Shown: positions 1-7,970 of the stretch, in pieces | How the letters are laid out: each line of letters begins with the position of its first letter | Position numbering within the stretch: the stretch's first letter is position 1 | Assembly: GCA_004295015.1 (NCBI GenBank) | Contig: SHNE01000026.1 | Coordinates: 8,675-72,674, forward strand | Source: Bacteroidota bacterium | GTDB taxonomy: Bacteria; Bacteroidota; Bacteroidia; AKYH767-A; 2013-40CM-41-45 | Length of the DNA stretch: 64,000 bases | Direction: 5' to 3' | The notes under the pieces: generated by a model | Database searches by the model: none | The model's input: only the letters and a program-made list of their open reading frames with translations | Told to the model about the DNA's origin: nothing | Translations under genes and position numbers: made by a program

Positions 1-99
1 ATTTCAATCGAGAACCTCGTTGTGCATGTTATGGCAAAAGGAAACTATTACGACCTTAAGGAGCGCAGGTTTTTTGCAGAGTCGGTGGAGAATCGATAA
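1..99 (+). CDS. 3' end of an unidentified CDS (...ISIENLVVHVMAKGNYYDLKERRFFAESVENR*), truncated by the window edge
   Basis: Frame 1 is open from position 1 to a TAA at 97..99. No recognisable family. Confidence 0.25.
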   Translation: MSIENLVVHVMAKGNYYDLKERRFFAESVENR

Positions 100-135
100 A
101 ACTTTTAAAATACGATCGAGGTTAAACAATTTGAC

Positions 136-1965
136 TTAGGCATTTTGCTTAAGCCAATAATCCAGCACAACTACCCGCCAAACCAAATTTGCATTTCTGT
201 TATCGCCTTTTTTAAATTCCTGAATCAAGTTCTTAATTTCTTTTTTGTCTAAATTATCAAGGCGCTTAAAATCTGATTCAAGTAAAAAACTCAAGGGGCC
301 TCGCAACCATTTGATTTCTCCGGGAGTCACAAACCCTTTTTTATCCTTACGCTGAGCGATCGTATCAGGAATTATTCCTTCAAGTCCTTTTCTCAAAATC
401 CTTTTCGTTGTCCCTTTATGAATGAGATCATCATCACAAAGCGAAAATGCGAATTCAACAAGCCTGTGATCTAAAAAAGGAACCCTCGATTCAATGGAAA
501 AAGCCATACTGTTTCTGTCTTCGTAATGCAACAGGTTCGGCAAAGATGTATTGAACATCAGGTGATATAAAAATTTCTTCAGAGGGCTTCCATTCAAATG
601 CTTGAACTCGAATGGTGTCTTTTGATCAGGCCCCAGAAAGGGAAAATAGTTTCTGTACTCAAAAGTGTAAAGTTGTTTTTCACTTAATGCAGTGGTTAGA
701 ATACTTTTTAACAACACATCAACACGTTTCGAAAAATTCATTTGTTGCACCTTCGCATGATTTGTCCATTCAGAGATTCCTCCAATAAAATTCAGGTTGC
801 GAAACTTTCCTCCTATCAATCTATAAAATGAATGCATGTAACCGGCAAGATATTCATCACTTCCCTGTCCATCCAACAAAACTTTCATGCCATTCTCTTT
901 GGCGAGCTTCATTACAAAATATTGGGATATTGGTGATGATCCGGCCATTGGAACTTCTGAATGAAAAAGTGCATGATCAAATACCTCGGCCACATCTTGT
1001 TCCTTCGGCATTAAAAAATGCGGTGACAAATTCGGATTACCCTTCAACACTTCATTCACCCACGGTCTTTCATCGACTTCATTCTTCCCATCATAATAAA
1101 TAGTGAAAGTTTTAAACTTCTTCTCAGTAAATTCTTTTGAAACTACTGATACTATTGATGAACTGTCCAGACCTCCACTGAGACATGCTCCTACTTCCAC
1201 ATCACTGCGCATGTGTAGACGTACACTGTCAATGAAAAGTTCACGAAAACGTTCTGCTTTTTCATAGAAACTTCCTTTTGAAGATTCAGCCGTAGAAATA
1301 TCCCAATAATGTCTGACTGTAGCTTTACCATTAGCAAAAACAAGATTGCACGCTGCAGGAAGTGATTTCAGATTACTATAATATGTTTCATCCTTAAAAC
1401 CGATCCAACCTAACTGTAAGCCACGTGATACTTGTGCCCAATTTAATTCTTTAGAAAAAAGAGGGCATAATTTGAGCTGACGGTACTCTGAACCAAAATA
1501 AAAACGATCATTCTCATGGATATAATAAAACGGCTTTATCCCAAAACGGTCCCTGCTACAGAAAAGAAATTCTTCCTTGATGTCCCAAAGTGCAAAGGCC
1601 CACATACCGACGAATTTCTCAACACAGGCTTCCCCATACTCCCTGTATGAGGCAAGGATCACTTCTGTATCTGATTCAGTCCGAAATTCATAGCCTTTAA
1701 GTCGAAGATCATCGCGCAGTTCTTTATAATTATATATTTCTCCGTTAAAAACAATGACTGCCCCGAAATATTCCATGGGCTGATTGCCATCTTCCGAGAG
1801 ATCTATAATGCTGAGTCGGTTATGCCCGAGCGATAAAGGCCGGATATACCTCGTTGATCTGGCATCCGGTCCTCGGTGTCCAATACTCTTCAACATCCCT
1901 TGAATCAAGCTCTCTGCTGATTCCGGGGAGATATGACTATCATAAAACCCTGCTATACCACACAT
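136..1965 (-). CDS. asnB: Asparagine synthase (glutamine-hydrolysing) family amidotransferase, class II Ntn glutamine amidotransferase plus AsnB synthetase domain
   Basis: 609 aa. N-terminal MCGIAGF has the Cys2 nucleophile. The SGGLDSS PP-loop is present, and the overall length and architecture match AsnB/WbpS-like amidotransferases. Confidence 0.8.
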   Translation of the reverse strand: MCGIAGFYDSHISPESAESLIQGMLKSIGHRGPDARSTRYIRPLSLGHNRLSIIDLSEDGNQPMEYFGAVIVFNGEIYNYKELRDDLRLKGYEFRTESDTEVILASYREYGEACVEKFVGMWAFALWDIKEEFLFCSRDRFGIKPFYYIHENDRFYFGSEYRQLKLCPLFSKELNWAQVSRGLQLGWIGFKDETYYSNLKSLPAACNLVFANGKATVRHYWDISTAESSKGSFYEKAERFRELFIDSVRLHMRSDVEVGACLSGGLDSSSIVSVVSKEFTEKKFKTFTIYYDGKNEVDERPWVNEVLKGNPNLSPHFLMPKEQDVAEVFDHALFHSEVPMAGSSPISQYFVMKLAKENGMKVLLDGQGSDEYLAGYMHSFYRLIGGKFRNLNFIGGISEWTNHAKVQQMNFSKRVDVLLKSILTTALSEKQLYTFEYRNYFPFLGPDQKTPFEFKHLNGSPLKKFLYHLMFNTSLPNLLHYEDRNSMAFSIESRVPFLDHRLVEFAFSLCDDDLIHKGTTKRILRKGLEGIIPDTIAQRKDKKGFVTPGEIKWLRGPLSFLLESDFKRLDNLDKKEIKNLIQEFKKGDNRNANLVWRVVVLDYWLKQNA

Positions 1966-2025
1966 TGTATCTTAAAAAAACAAATGTAAAACAATTAAAT
2001 TTACCTTTGCATCAAAATCAAATCT

Positions 2026-2655
2026 ATGACTGCTAAAAGGATTTTAGTGCTTGCCCCTCATACTGACGATGGCGAACTAGGTTGTGGCGGAAGTATCGTT
2101 CGCTATGTGGAAGAGGGCTGCACAGTAACGTATGTTGCCTTTTCAATCTGCACTAAATCTTTGCCTGAAGGCTGGGATCCTTATACACTTGAAAAAGAAG
2201 TTAAAGTGGCAACGAAAATTATGGGACTTAAAGAGGAGAATCTGATTCTTTATGACTATGATGTTCGCAAATTCAAGCAATTCAGACAGGAAATATTAGA
2301 AGAGCTCGTAAAAATAAAAAAGCAAATTGAACCTGATTTAGTTTTCGTCCCATCGCCGACAGACATTCATCAAGATCATCAGGTTATATCTGAAGAAGGG
2401 CTACGTGCATTTAAAAATACATCTATTCTTGGCTACGAATTACCATGGAATAATGTCTCTTTCAATACACGGTGTTTTATTAAATTGGAAGAAAGACACA
2501 TAGAAAAAAAGGTGGAGGCTCTTACAGCTTATAAAAGTCAGCAACACAGAACCTACCTCAACGCGCAGTTCATCCGCTCCCTGGGTATTACACGCGGTGT
2601 ACAAATTAACACTCAATTTGCAGAAGCTTTTGAAGTCATTCGTTGGATAATCTGA
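2026..2655 (+). CDS. PIG-L (LmbE-like) family N-acetylglucosaminyl deacetylase
   Basis: 209 aa. APHTDDGELGCGG resembles the AHPDDE metal-binding motif of PIG-L/LmbE/BshB/MshB deacetylases. A downstream HQDH motif is also present. Confidence 0.7.
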   Translation: MTAKRILVLAPHTDDGELGCGGSIVRYVEEGCTVTYVAFSICTKSLPEGWDPYTLEKEVKVATKIMGLKEENLILYDYDVRKFKQFRQEILEELVKIKKQIEPDLVFVPSPTDIHQDHQVISEEGLRAFKNTSILGYELPWNNVSFNTRCFIKLEERHIEKKVEALTAYKSQQHRTYLNAQFIRSLGITRGVQINTQFAEAFEVIRWII

Positions 2656-2664
2656 AATATCATT

Positions 2665-3627
2665 ATGATGAATAAATCATTTAAAATTGAAGAACTATCG
2701 AATGAAAGCTATTTCATAGCAGGACAATTCATTGGTAATGCTAACAGCAGCATTTCCGATGTTGTTGGAATTAAGGAATCACAAGGTAAAGCTTGCTCTC
2801 ATCATCTTAGTTGGATCAACGACAAGAATGTTAGCCTGATAAACAAACCACTTGAGCTTGGACTCCTCATACTAAACCAATCTTCCTTTGACTCTTTAAA
2901 GCATCATAAGTGTAATTTTCTAATTGTCGAAAATCCCCGATCAGTCTTTCAAAAAATTCTAAAACAATATTTCTCCCGTAAAAAAAGTGCAGGAATTGAA
3001 CCTTCGGCTTTTATACACCCTACGGTTAAAATACCCGGCGGATCTTACATAGGCCACAATGTGGTGATTGAAGAAGGATGTACCATTGGTAATGATTGTG
3101 AAATTTTGCATAATAGTGTAATCATGCAGAATACCAAAATCGGTGATCGTGTCCGCATCGGATCCAATTGTACCATTGGAAATTTTGGTTTTGGCTACGA
3201 AAAAAATGAGCATAACGACTATGACCTTATCGAACATTTAGGAAATGTCGTCATACAAAACGACGTACACATTCATAACAATACATGTATAGACAGAGGT
3301 GTTTTGGGAGAAACATATATTGGAGAAAATGTTAAAGTTGATAACCTGGTACACATAGCCCATGGAGTTCGGATTGAACGCAACAGTCTTATCATCGCCA
3401 ATGCAATGGTAGCCGGAAGTGTTTTAATTGGTGAAAACAGTTGGATCGCCCCCAGCACTTCTATTAAAAATCAACTCACCATTTCCTCTGGTACTTTAAC
3501 CGGCATTGGTGCTGTTGTCTTAAAAAGCTCAGAAAAAAATGACGTATTAATCGGAGCACCTGCTACTACCATGGAAGAATATAAAAAATGGAGTGTAATC
3601 AGGAAAAGCCTTCTTGATCAAAAATAA
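2665..3627 (+). CDS. LpxD-like hexapeptide-repeat (left-handed beta-helix) N-acyltransferase
   Basis: 320 aa. A roughly 100-aa N-terminal domain is followed by many [LIV]-G-x-x-x-x hexapeptide repeats (IGHNVVIEEGCTIGNDCEILHNSVI...), as in UDP-3-O-acylglucosamine N-acyltransferase. Confidence 0.6.
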   Translation: MMNKSFKIEELSNESYFIAGQFIGNANSSISDVVGIKESQGKACSHHLSWINDKNVSLINKPLELGLLILNQSSFDSLKHHKCNFLIVENPRSVFQKILKQYFSRKKSAGIEPSAFIHPTVKIPGGSYIGHNVVIEEGCTIGNDCEILHNSVIMQNTKIGDRVRIGSNCTIGNFGFGYEKNEHNDYDLIEHLGNVVIQNDVHIHNNTCIDRGVLGETYIGENVKVDNLVHIAHGVRIERNSLIIANAMVAGSVLIGENSWIAPSTSIKNQLTISSGTLTGIGAVVLKSSEKNDVLIGAPATTMEEYKKWSVIRKSLLDQK

Positions 3628-3680
3628 AAACGGATATATTTTTTTCAACCTTAGAATTATTCGAGAGTTAAGTAATTGAA

Positions 3681-5003
3681 TTATCCCTTAAGGTCATTTT
3701 TTTCCAACTGCTCAATCAACCCGGCATAAATCCTGGTTGTTTCATATCGGCTGTATATCTCCATACCACTTTTTGGATAACGGTCACCCTTAACCCACTT
3801 ACTATAAATCTCCTCTATAAAAGTCGCAATTGCACTTTCGTTATCTCTGCTGAAAACCTCTGCTCTGTCAACGCTACTTAATAGTTTGGCTGCATCGCCA
3901 ACAGGATTTCCAAGAGCAAGTATAGGATTTCCGGTAGCTACATACTCCATTAACTTTCCTGAAATTAGAAGTTCACTCTCCTTGGTTTCGGCAAGTGAAT
4001 TCAATAAAAGATTTGCATTCAACATATATTGAATGGCTTCGTGATGTGGGACATATTCAATCTGAGTGAATGTTATATCCGGTAAAAACATCTTCACCTG
4101 ATTGATAATCGACGGAGATACTTTACCAACAAAAAGGAGATTTACTTTTTCCTGCATGCCTTCAAGCTTATCAAGAACTTTCCGTAAAGCATGTATAAAA
4201 GGTAAAATGGGTTGGTTTTCGCTGAGTATACCTAAATGAAGAATGTTGAATAGTTCCGACTCTTCCTTCTCGAGACCTTTGAATAATTCGGCATCATAGC
4301 CATTATATACAAAATGCACTTTTGCCTGCTCTTCAACCGAAAGTTTACTCCTTAATAATTTAGCCATCCCGGGGCCGATAGTCGTAATCATATCTGCTTT
4401 GGACAATACTTCATGCTCAAGACGAGCGTCCATTTTTTGGGCAAGAGAAGTCCTGTACATGTCTTTGTTATAGTAGGCCTCCGTCCAGGGATCCCTAAAA
4501 TCACAGATCCACTTGATATTGTTTTTCTTTTTCAACTTTAACCCGACAAGATGTGTTGAATGAGGTGTGCCATTGGTTATGACAATGTTTATCTTCTCGT
4601 TTTTAATCAGTTCTTTCGCTTTTAAATAAGCGTACCTGTTCCATCCTTTTCTGGCATCAGGAATAAAAAAATTTCCACGGATAAAGCGACTGATCTTTCT
4701 AAACAATCCGGGTTTCGACTCACCTGCAAATCCCTGTGGAATTTCAGCACGCTCATCTCCTCCAACCATTTTGGAATAAAATTTTAATGGCTCCATCGTA
4801 GAGGTGCGATAGACCTTCACATCCTTCACATGCTCTAAAAATTTCTTATCCAAAAACTTGTAAGATGCCTTTTCAGGATCAACCGTTAGAACGATAGGTT
4901 CTATTCCGAATTCTTTCAGATACCTTGAAAAATACATCCAACGCTGAACGCCACTCCCTCCGCTGGGCGGAAAATAATAAGTCAGAATGAGTACTTTTTT
5001 CAA
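3681..5003 (-). CDS. Glycosyltransferase family 4 (GT-B fold)
   Basis: 440 aa. It starts with YYFPPSGGSGVQRW, typical of GT4 N-termini. A C-terminal EX7E-like region is present (GKLMEYVATGNPIL). Confidence 0.7.
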   Translation of the reverse strand: MKKVLILTYYFPPSGGSGVQRWMYFSRYLKEFGIEPIVLTVDPEKASYKFLDKKFLEHVKDVKVYRTSTMEPLKFYSKMVGGDERAEIPQGFAGESKPGLFRKISRFIRGNFFIPDARKGWNRYAYLKAKELIKNEKINIVITNGTPHSTHLVGLKLKKKNNIKWICDFRDPWTEAYYNKDMYRTSLAQKMDARLEHEVLSKADMITTIGPGMAKLLRSKLSVEEQAKVHFVYNGYDAELFKGLEKEESELFNILHLGILSENQPILPFIHALRKVLDKLEGMQEKVNLLFVGKVSPSIINQVKMFLPDITFTQIEYVPHHEAIQYMLNANLLLNSLAETKESELLISGKLMEYVATGNPILALGNPVGDAAKLLSSVDRAEVFSRDNESAIATFIEEIYSKWVKGDRYPKSGMEIYSRYETTRIYAGLIEQLEKNDLKG

Positions 5004-5054
5004 TCGGTAGATTTCGAATTAATTAATTCACATCGGAACTTCACTAAATGGCTA

Positions 5055-7586
5055 CTAAGCCTCTTTACCTGAACGATGTTGTCTCCATGCCATAAAGGCT
5101 AAGCCTGCAACGCAAATCAGAAGCAAAGATGAACCCGCAAGTGCGATCTTCTCTCCTGTCTTCACCACTGTCGGTTCAAACTTCCATTCAATCTTATGCT
5201 GTCCGGGAGGAATACGCATACCTCTCAATACATAGTTGACACGGAAATACGTTGATGGATTACCATCCACATACACATTCCAGCCTTTATCATAATAAAT
5301 TTCTGAAAACACAGCAAGCTGTTCGCTGGTTGCATTGCTGGTATAAATTAAATTATCCGGCTGATATTGATTCATTACTATACTTGCAGAAGAATCAGAT
5401 TGGAATTGAAAGCCATTTAGCTGATCCTTGTAACGTTGATCAACAATTGCAGTAGTAGATGGATCAAAACTGTTTAATGCAGCAATCTCTGAATCTGAAT
5501 TTGCGACAATTTCATATTGATTCACAAACCAGGCATTACCCAAGGCAGACTTATTAATCAATGGCGCTGCATCCGGATTGAAAATTATATACTTTGTGTT
5601 AAGCATATTTAAAACATCCTGTTTTGCTAAGAGCACATCCACGCCTGAGTCCGGGCTCTGCAATCCATTACGTAATGCCGTCAACTCAGGGATCAATTCG
5701 TAATCGATTAACTCCTTGTATCTTTTAAGCTTCGCTCCATGGTATCCACCTATAGACTGATGGTAATAAGAAGTGCTTGCATCATTAAAAGTATTCACAC
5801 TTATGTTCAATACCCTCTTACTTGGACTTTTATCACTTAAAATATATTGATCAGCTGGCGTTATCGGAAAGGGAATTTCATTCCCACCCTTCCTGATAAA
5901 ATTTTCCTGATGCAGGTAACGTTTGCCGACAAGAGAAAGGTCTAAAACGAGGAGTGCCATGAGCACATAAATAAAAATCTCTTTGCTGTACTTAAATCTC
6001 AAGTATGTCCAAATCAATGCTCCTGCAATCAATGCAAAAAGAAGGCTTCGCATTACATCACTTGTCATGATGTGCTTACGGGCAATTGTAACATTATCAA
6101 AAAATGCCTGGATTACATCCGATGAGATATTTTGTCCCTGTACGCTTGCCGTTACCTGATCAAATTCAGAAGCTGAATAAAAATCCGTAAACATACCCGG
6201 GGCGGCCATCATAATAACAAGTATTCCAATGAATCCAATTATGGAATAGGTAACAGGTTTTCTAAACCTTGCAAAAAAATCATTCTCCTTAACCATTTTA
6301 TCAATGGCAAGAACTGCCAGTAAAGGCACTGTGAACTCTGCAATAACAAGGGTCATCGAAACTGCTCTGAACTTATCGTATCCCGGAAGTATGTCGAGAA
6401 ATAAATCCGTTAGGGGCATAAAATTCTTTCCCCAACTTAACATGACAGATAAAATGGTTATAAAAACCAAGCCCCACTTCACGGGACCTTGCACAGTAAA
6501 TGCTCCAAGAATAAAGAGTAAACATACAATTACTCCCAGATAAACCGGACCAGAAGTAAAAGGTTGGTCTCCAAAATAAGCACTGAAGGATGCTATGTTT
6601 TGCTTATACGCAGCATCCACATCTTTTAATGCATCTTTATTATTCTTTGATATCACCTCAGAGCCTCCACCTTTGAAATCGGGAACTATAAATGTCCAAC
6701 TCTCTCCCACCCCATAACTCCAATCGGTTATATAATCCCGATCCAATCCACTTGTTTTATTCTCTTCATTAATTGTTAATTCAGATGGTCCACGAGTGGA
6801 ATATTTAGCGTACTCCTGTGTTGCCCAAATATTAGTTATGTTCGTTGAAACGGCCAGTGCAGCCATGCCTAATAACAGAAAGCTTGATTTAACAAAAGCA
6901 GGAAGTCGCTTTTCTTTTAATGCACTAATAAACTCTGCTACAGCAAGAGATACAACTATTAACATAAGGTAATAGCTAATCTGTAAATGATTTGTGTTTA
7001 ACTCAAGTGCCAGAGCAAGGCCGGCAATAGAGGCACCAAGCATCCATCTCCCTCGATAGGTCAACAATACACCGGCGACAACCGGTGCCATATATCCTAT
7101 GGCATGCGCTTTGGTATTATGGCCAGCTTCCAGAATTATTATAAAATAAGAACTAAAGGCAAAAGCAAAAGCTCCCATGATTGCTACTCTTTTATCAACC
7201 CCAAGAACAATGAGAAGAAAATAAAAACCAATCAGATAAAGAAAAAAGAAATTCGCAGGTGATGGGAAAAACATAATAGCCTTGTCTATGTATTGAACAA
7301 GGTTGGCTCCATACACAGCCGATATCTGATAAGCCGGCATTCCACCGAACATAGAATTTGTCCAAAGTGGCATGTGTCCGGTAGCCTCTTTAGTACTCAG
7401 GATCTCCTGAGCCATCCCTTTCCAATTATTTATATCCGTCTGGCGTAGATCCTTACCTTGAAATAAAGGCATAAAGTACAGCCAGGTTACAAATACGAAT
7501 GCAAGAATAGCAAGTGCGTAGGGCAAACATTTTTTCATAAAATACTGGTTTAAAGTCAAATTGGCTTGTTCTGTTCCCAAACCCAA
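5055..7586 (-). CDS. YfhO-family polytopic membrane protein (GT-C-like glycosyltransferase candidate)
   Basis: 843 aa. A dozen or more predicted TM helices in the N-terminal two-thirds are followed by a large C-terminal soluble domain. The length and architecture match Bacteroidota YfhO proteins. An alternative start at the MKK codon at 7538 would give a cleaner first TM. Confidence 0.55.
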   Translation of the reverse strand: MGLGTEQANLTLNQYFMKKCLPYALAILAFVFVTWLYFMPLFQGKDLRQTDINNWKGMAQEILSTKEATGHMPLWTNSMFGGMPAYQISAVYGANLVQYIDKAIMFFPSPANFFFLYLIGFYFLLIVLGVDKRVAIMGAFAFAFSSYFIIILEAGHNTKAHAIGYMAPVVAGVLLTYRGRWMLGASIAGLALALELNTNHLQISYYLMLIVVSLAVAEFISALKEKRLPAFVKSSFLLLGMAALAVSTNITNIWATQEYAKYSTRGPSELTINEENKTSGLDRDYITDWSYGVGESWTFIVPDFKGGGSEVISKNNKDALKDVDAAYKQNIASFSAYFGDQPFTSGPVYLGVIVCLLFILGAFTVQGPVKWGLVFITILSVMLSWGKNFMPLTDLFLDILPGYDKFRAVSMTLVIAEFTVPLLAVLAIDKMVKENDFFARFRKPVTYSIIGFIGILVIMMAAPGMFTDFYSASEFDQVTASVQGQNISSDVIQAFFDNVTIARKHIMTSDVMRSLLFALIAGALIWTYLRFKYSKEIFIYVLMALLVLDLSLVGKRYLHQENFIRKGGNEIPFPITPADQYILSDKSPSKRVLNISVNTFNDASTSYYHQSIGGYHGAKLKRYKELIDYELIPELTALRNGLQSPDSGVDVLLAKQDVLNMLNTKYIIFNPDAAPLINKSALGNAWFVNQYEIVANSDSEIAALNSFDPSTTAIVDQRYKDQLNGFQFQSDSSASIVMNQYQPDNLIYTSNATSEQLAVFSEIYYDKGWNVYVDGNPSTYFRVNYVLRGMRIPPGQHKIEWKFEPTVVKTGEKIALAGSSLLLICVAGLAFMAWRQHRSGKEA

Positions 7587-7686
7587 AAGACCATGCGAAT
7601 ATAAAGTATTCTATGAAAGAAGATAGAAAATGACGAAAAATGAAGTTGAAATATTACTTAACAGTTCATAAAATTCACTAAAAATT

Positions 7687-7932
7687 CTAGTCCACTTCTT
7701 CATAATCCACATACTCCCCCGGCTGAATTTTTCCGGTCTTTTTGTCCTTAATACTCTCAACGGTAACACTGCCCTCAGGCTTACGGTCGGCTTGTTGTGA
7801 TTGCTGAGCTTGCTGTTGCTTAGCCATTTCTTCTGCCGCTTTTTGCAATGCCTTAGCTGCACCAAAAACTAAAAATCTACGCAACCAACCTAAAATAATA
7901 ATGATTAGAAGTATGATGAGAATATATTTCAT
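7687..7932 (-). CDS. Small membrane protein, DUF4834-like (N-terminal TM, Gln-rich linker, acidic C-terminus)
   Basis: 81 aa. It starts MKYILIILLIIIILGWL and ends GEYVDYEEVD. It lies immediately downstream of carB on the same strand. Confidence 0.45.
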   Translation of the reverse strand: MKYILIILLIIIILGWLRRFLVFGAAKALQKAAEEMAKQQQAQQSQQADRKPEGSVTVESIKDKKTGKIQPGEYVDYEEVD

Positions 7933-7970
7933 GCTTATCTATCCGTTTAGTTGATTCTCCAATGACTATA

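Noticed and set aside
2026-5003. The PIG-L and GT4 pair as a bacillithiol (bshB/bshA) pathway
   Set aside because: The 440-aa GT4 with a YYFPPSGGSG start does not resemble BshA (about 380 aa, different N-terminus). No BshC-like gene is nearby. The cluster context (AsnB, LpxD-like, YfhO) points to a glycolipid or glycan pathway instead.
7611-7865. An 84-aa ORF overlapping the DUF4834-like gene in another frame
   Set aside because: The overlapping 81-aa ORF (7687-7932) has the TM-plus-acidic-tail pattern of a known small-protein family. This frame gives a low-complexity basic peptide.
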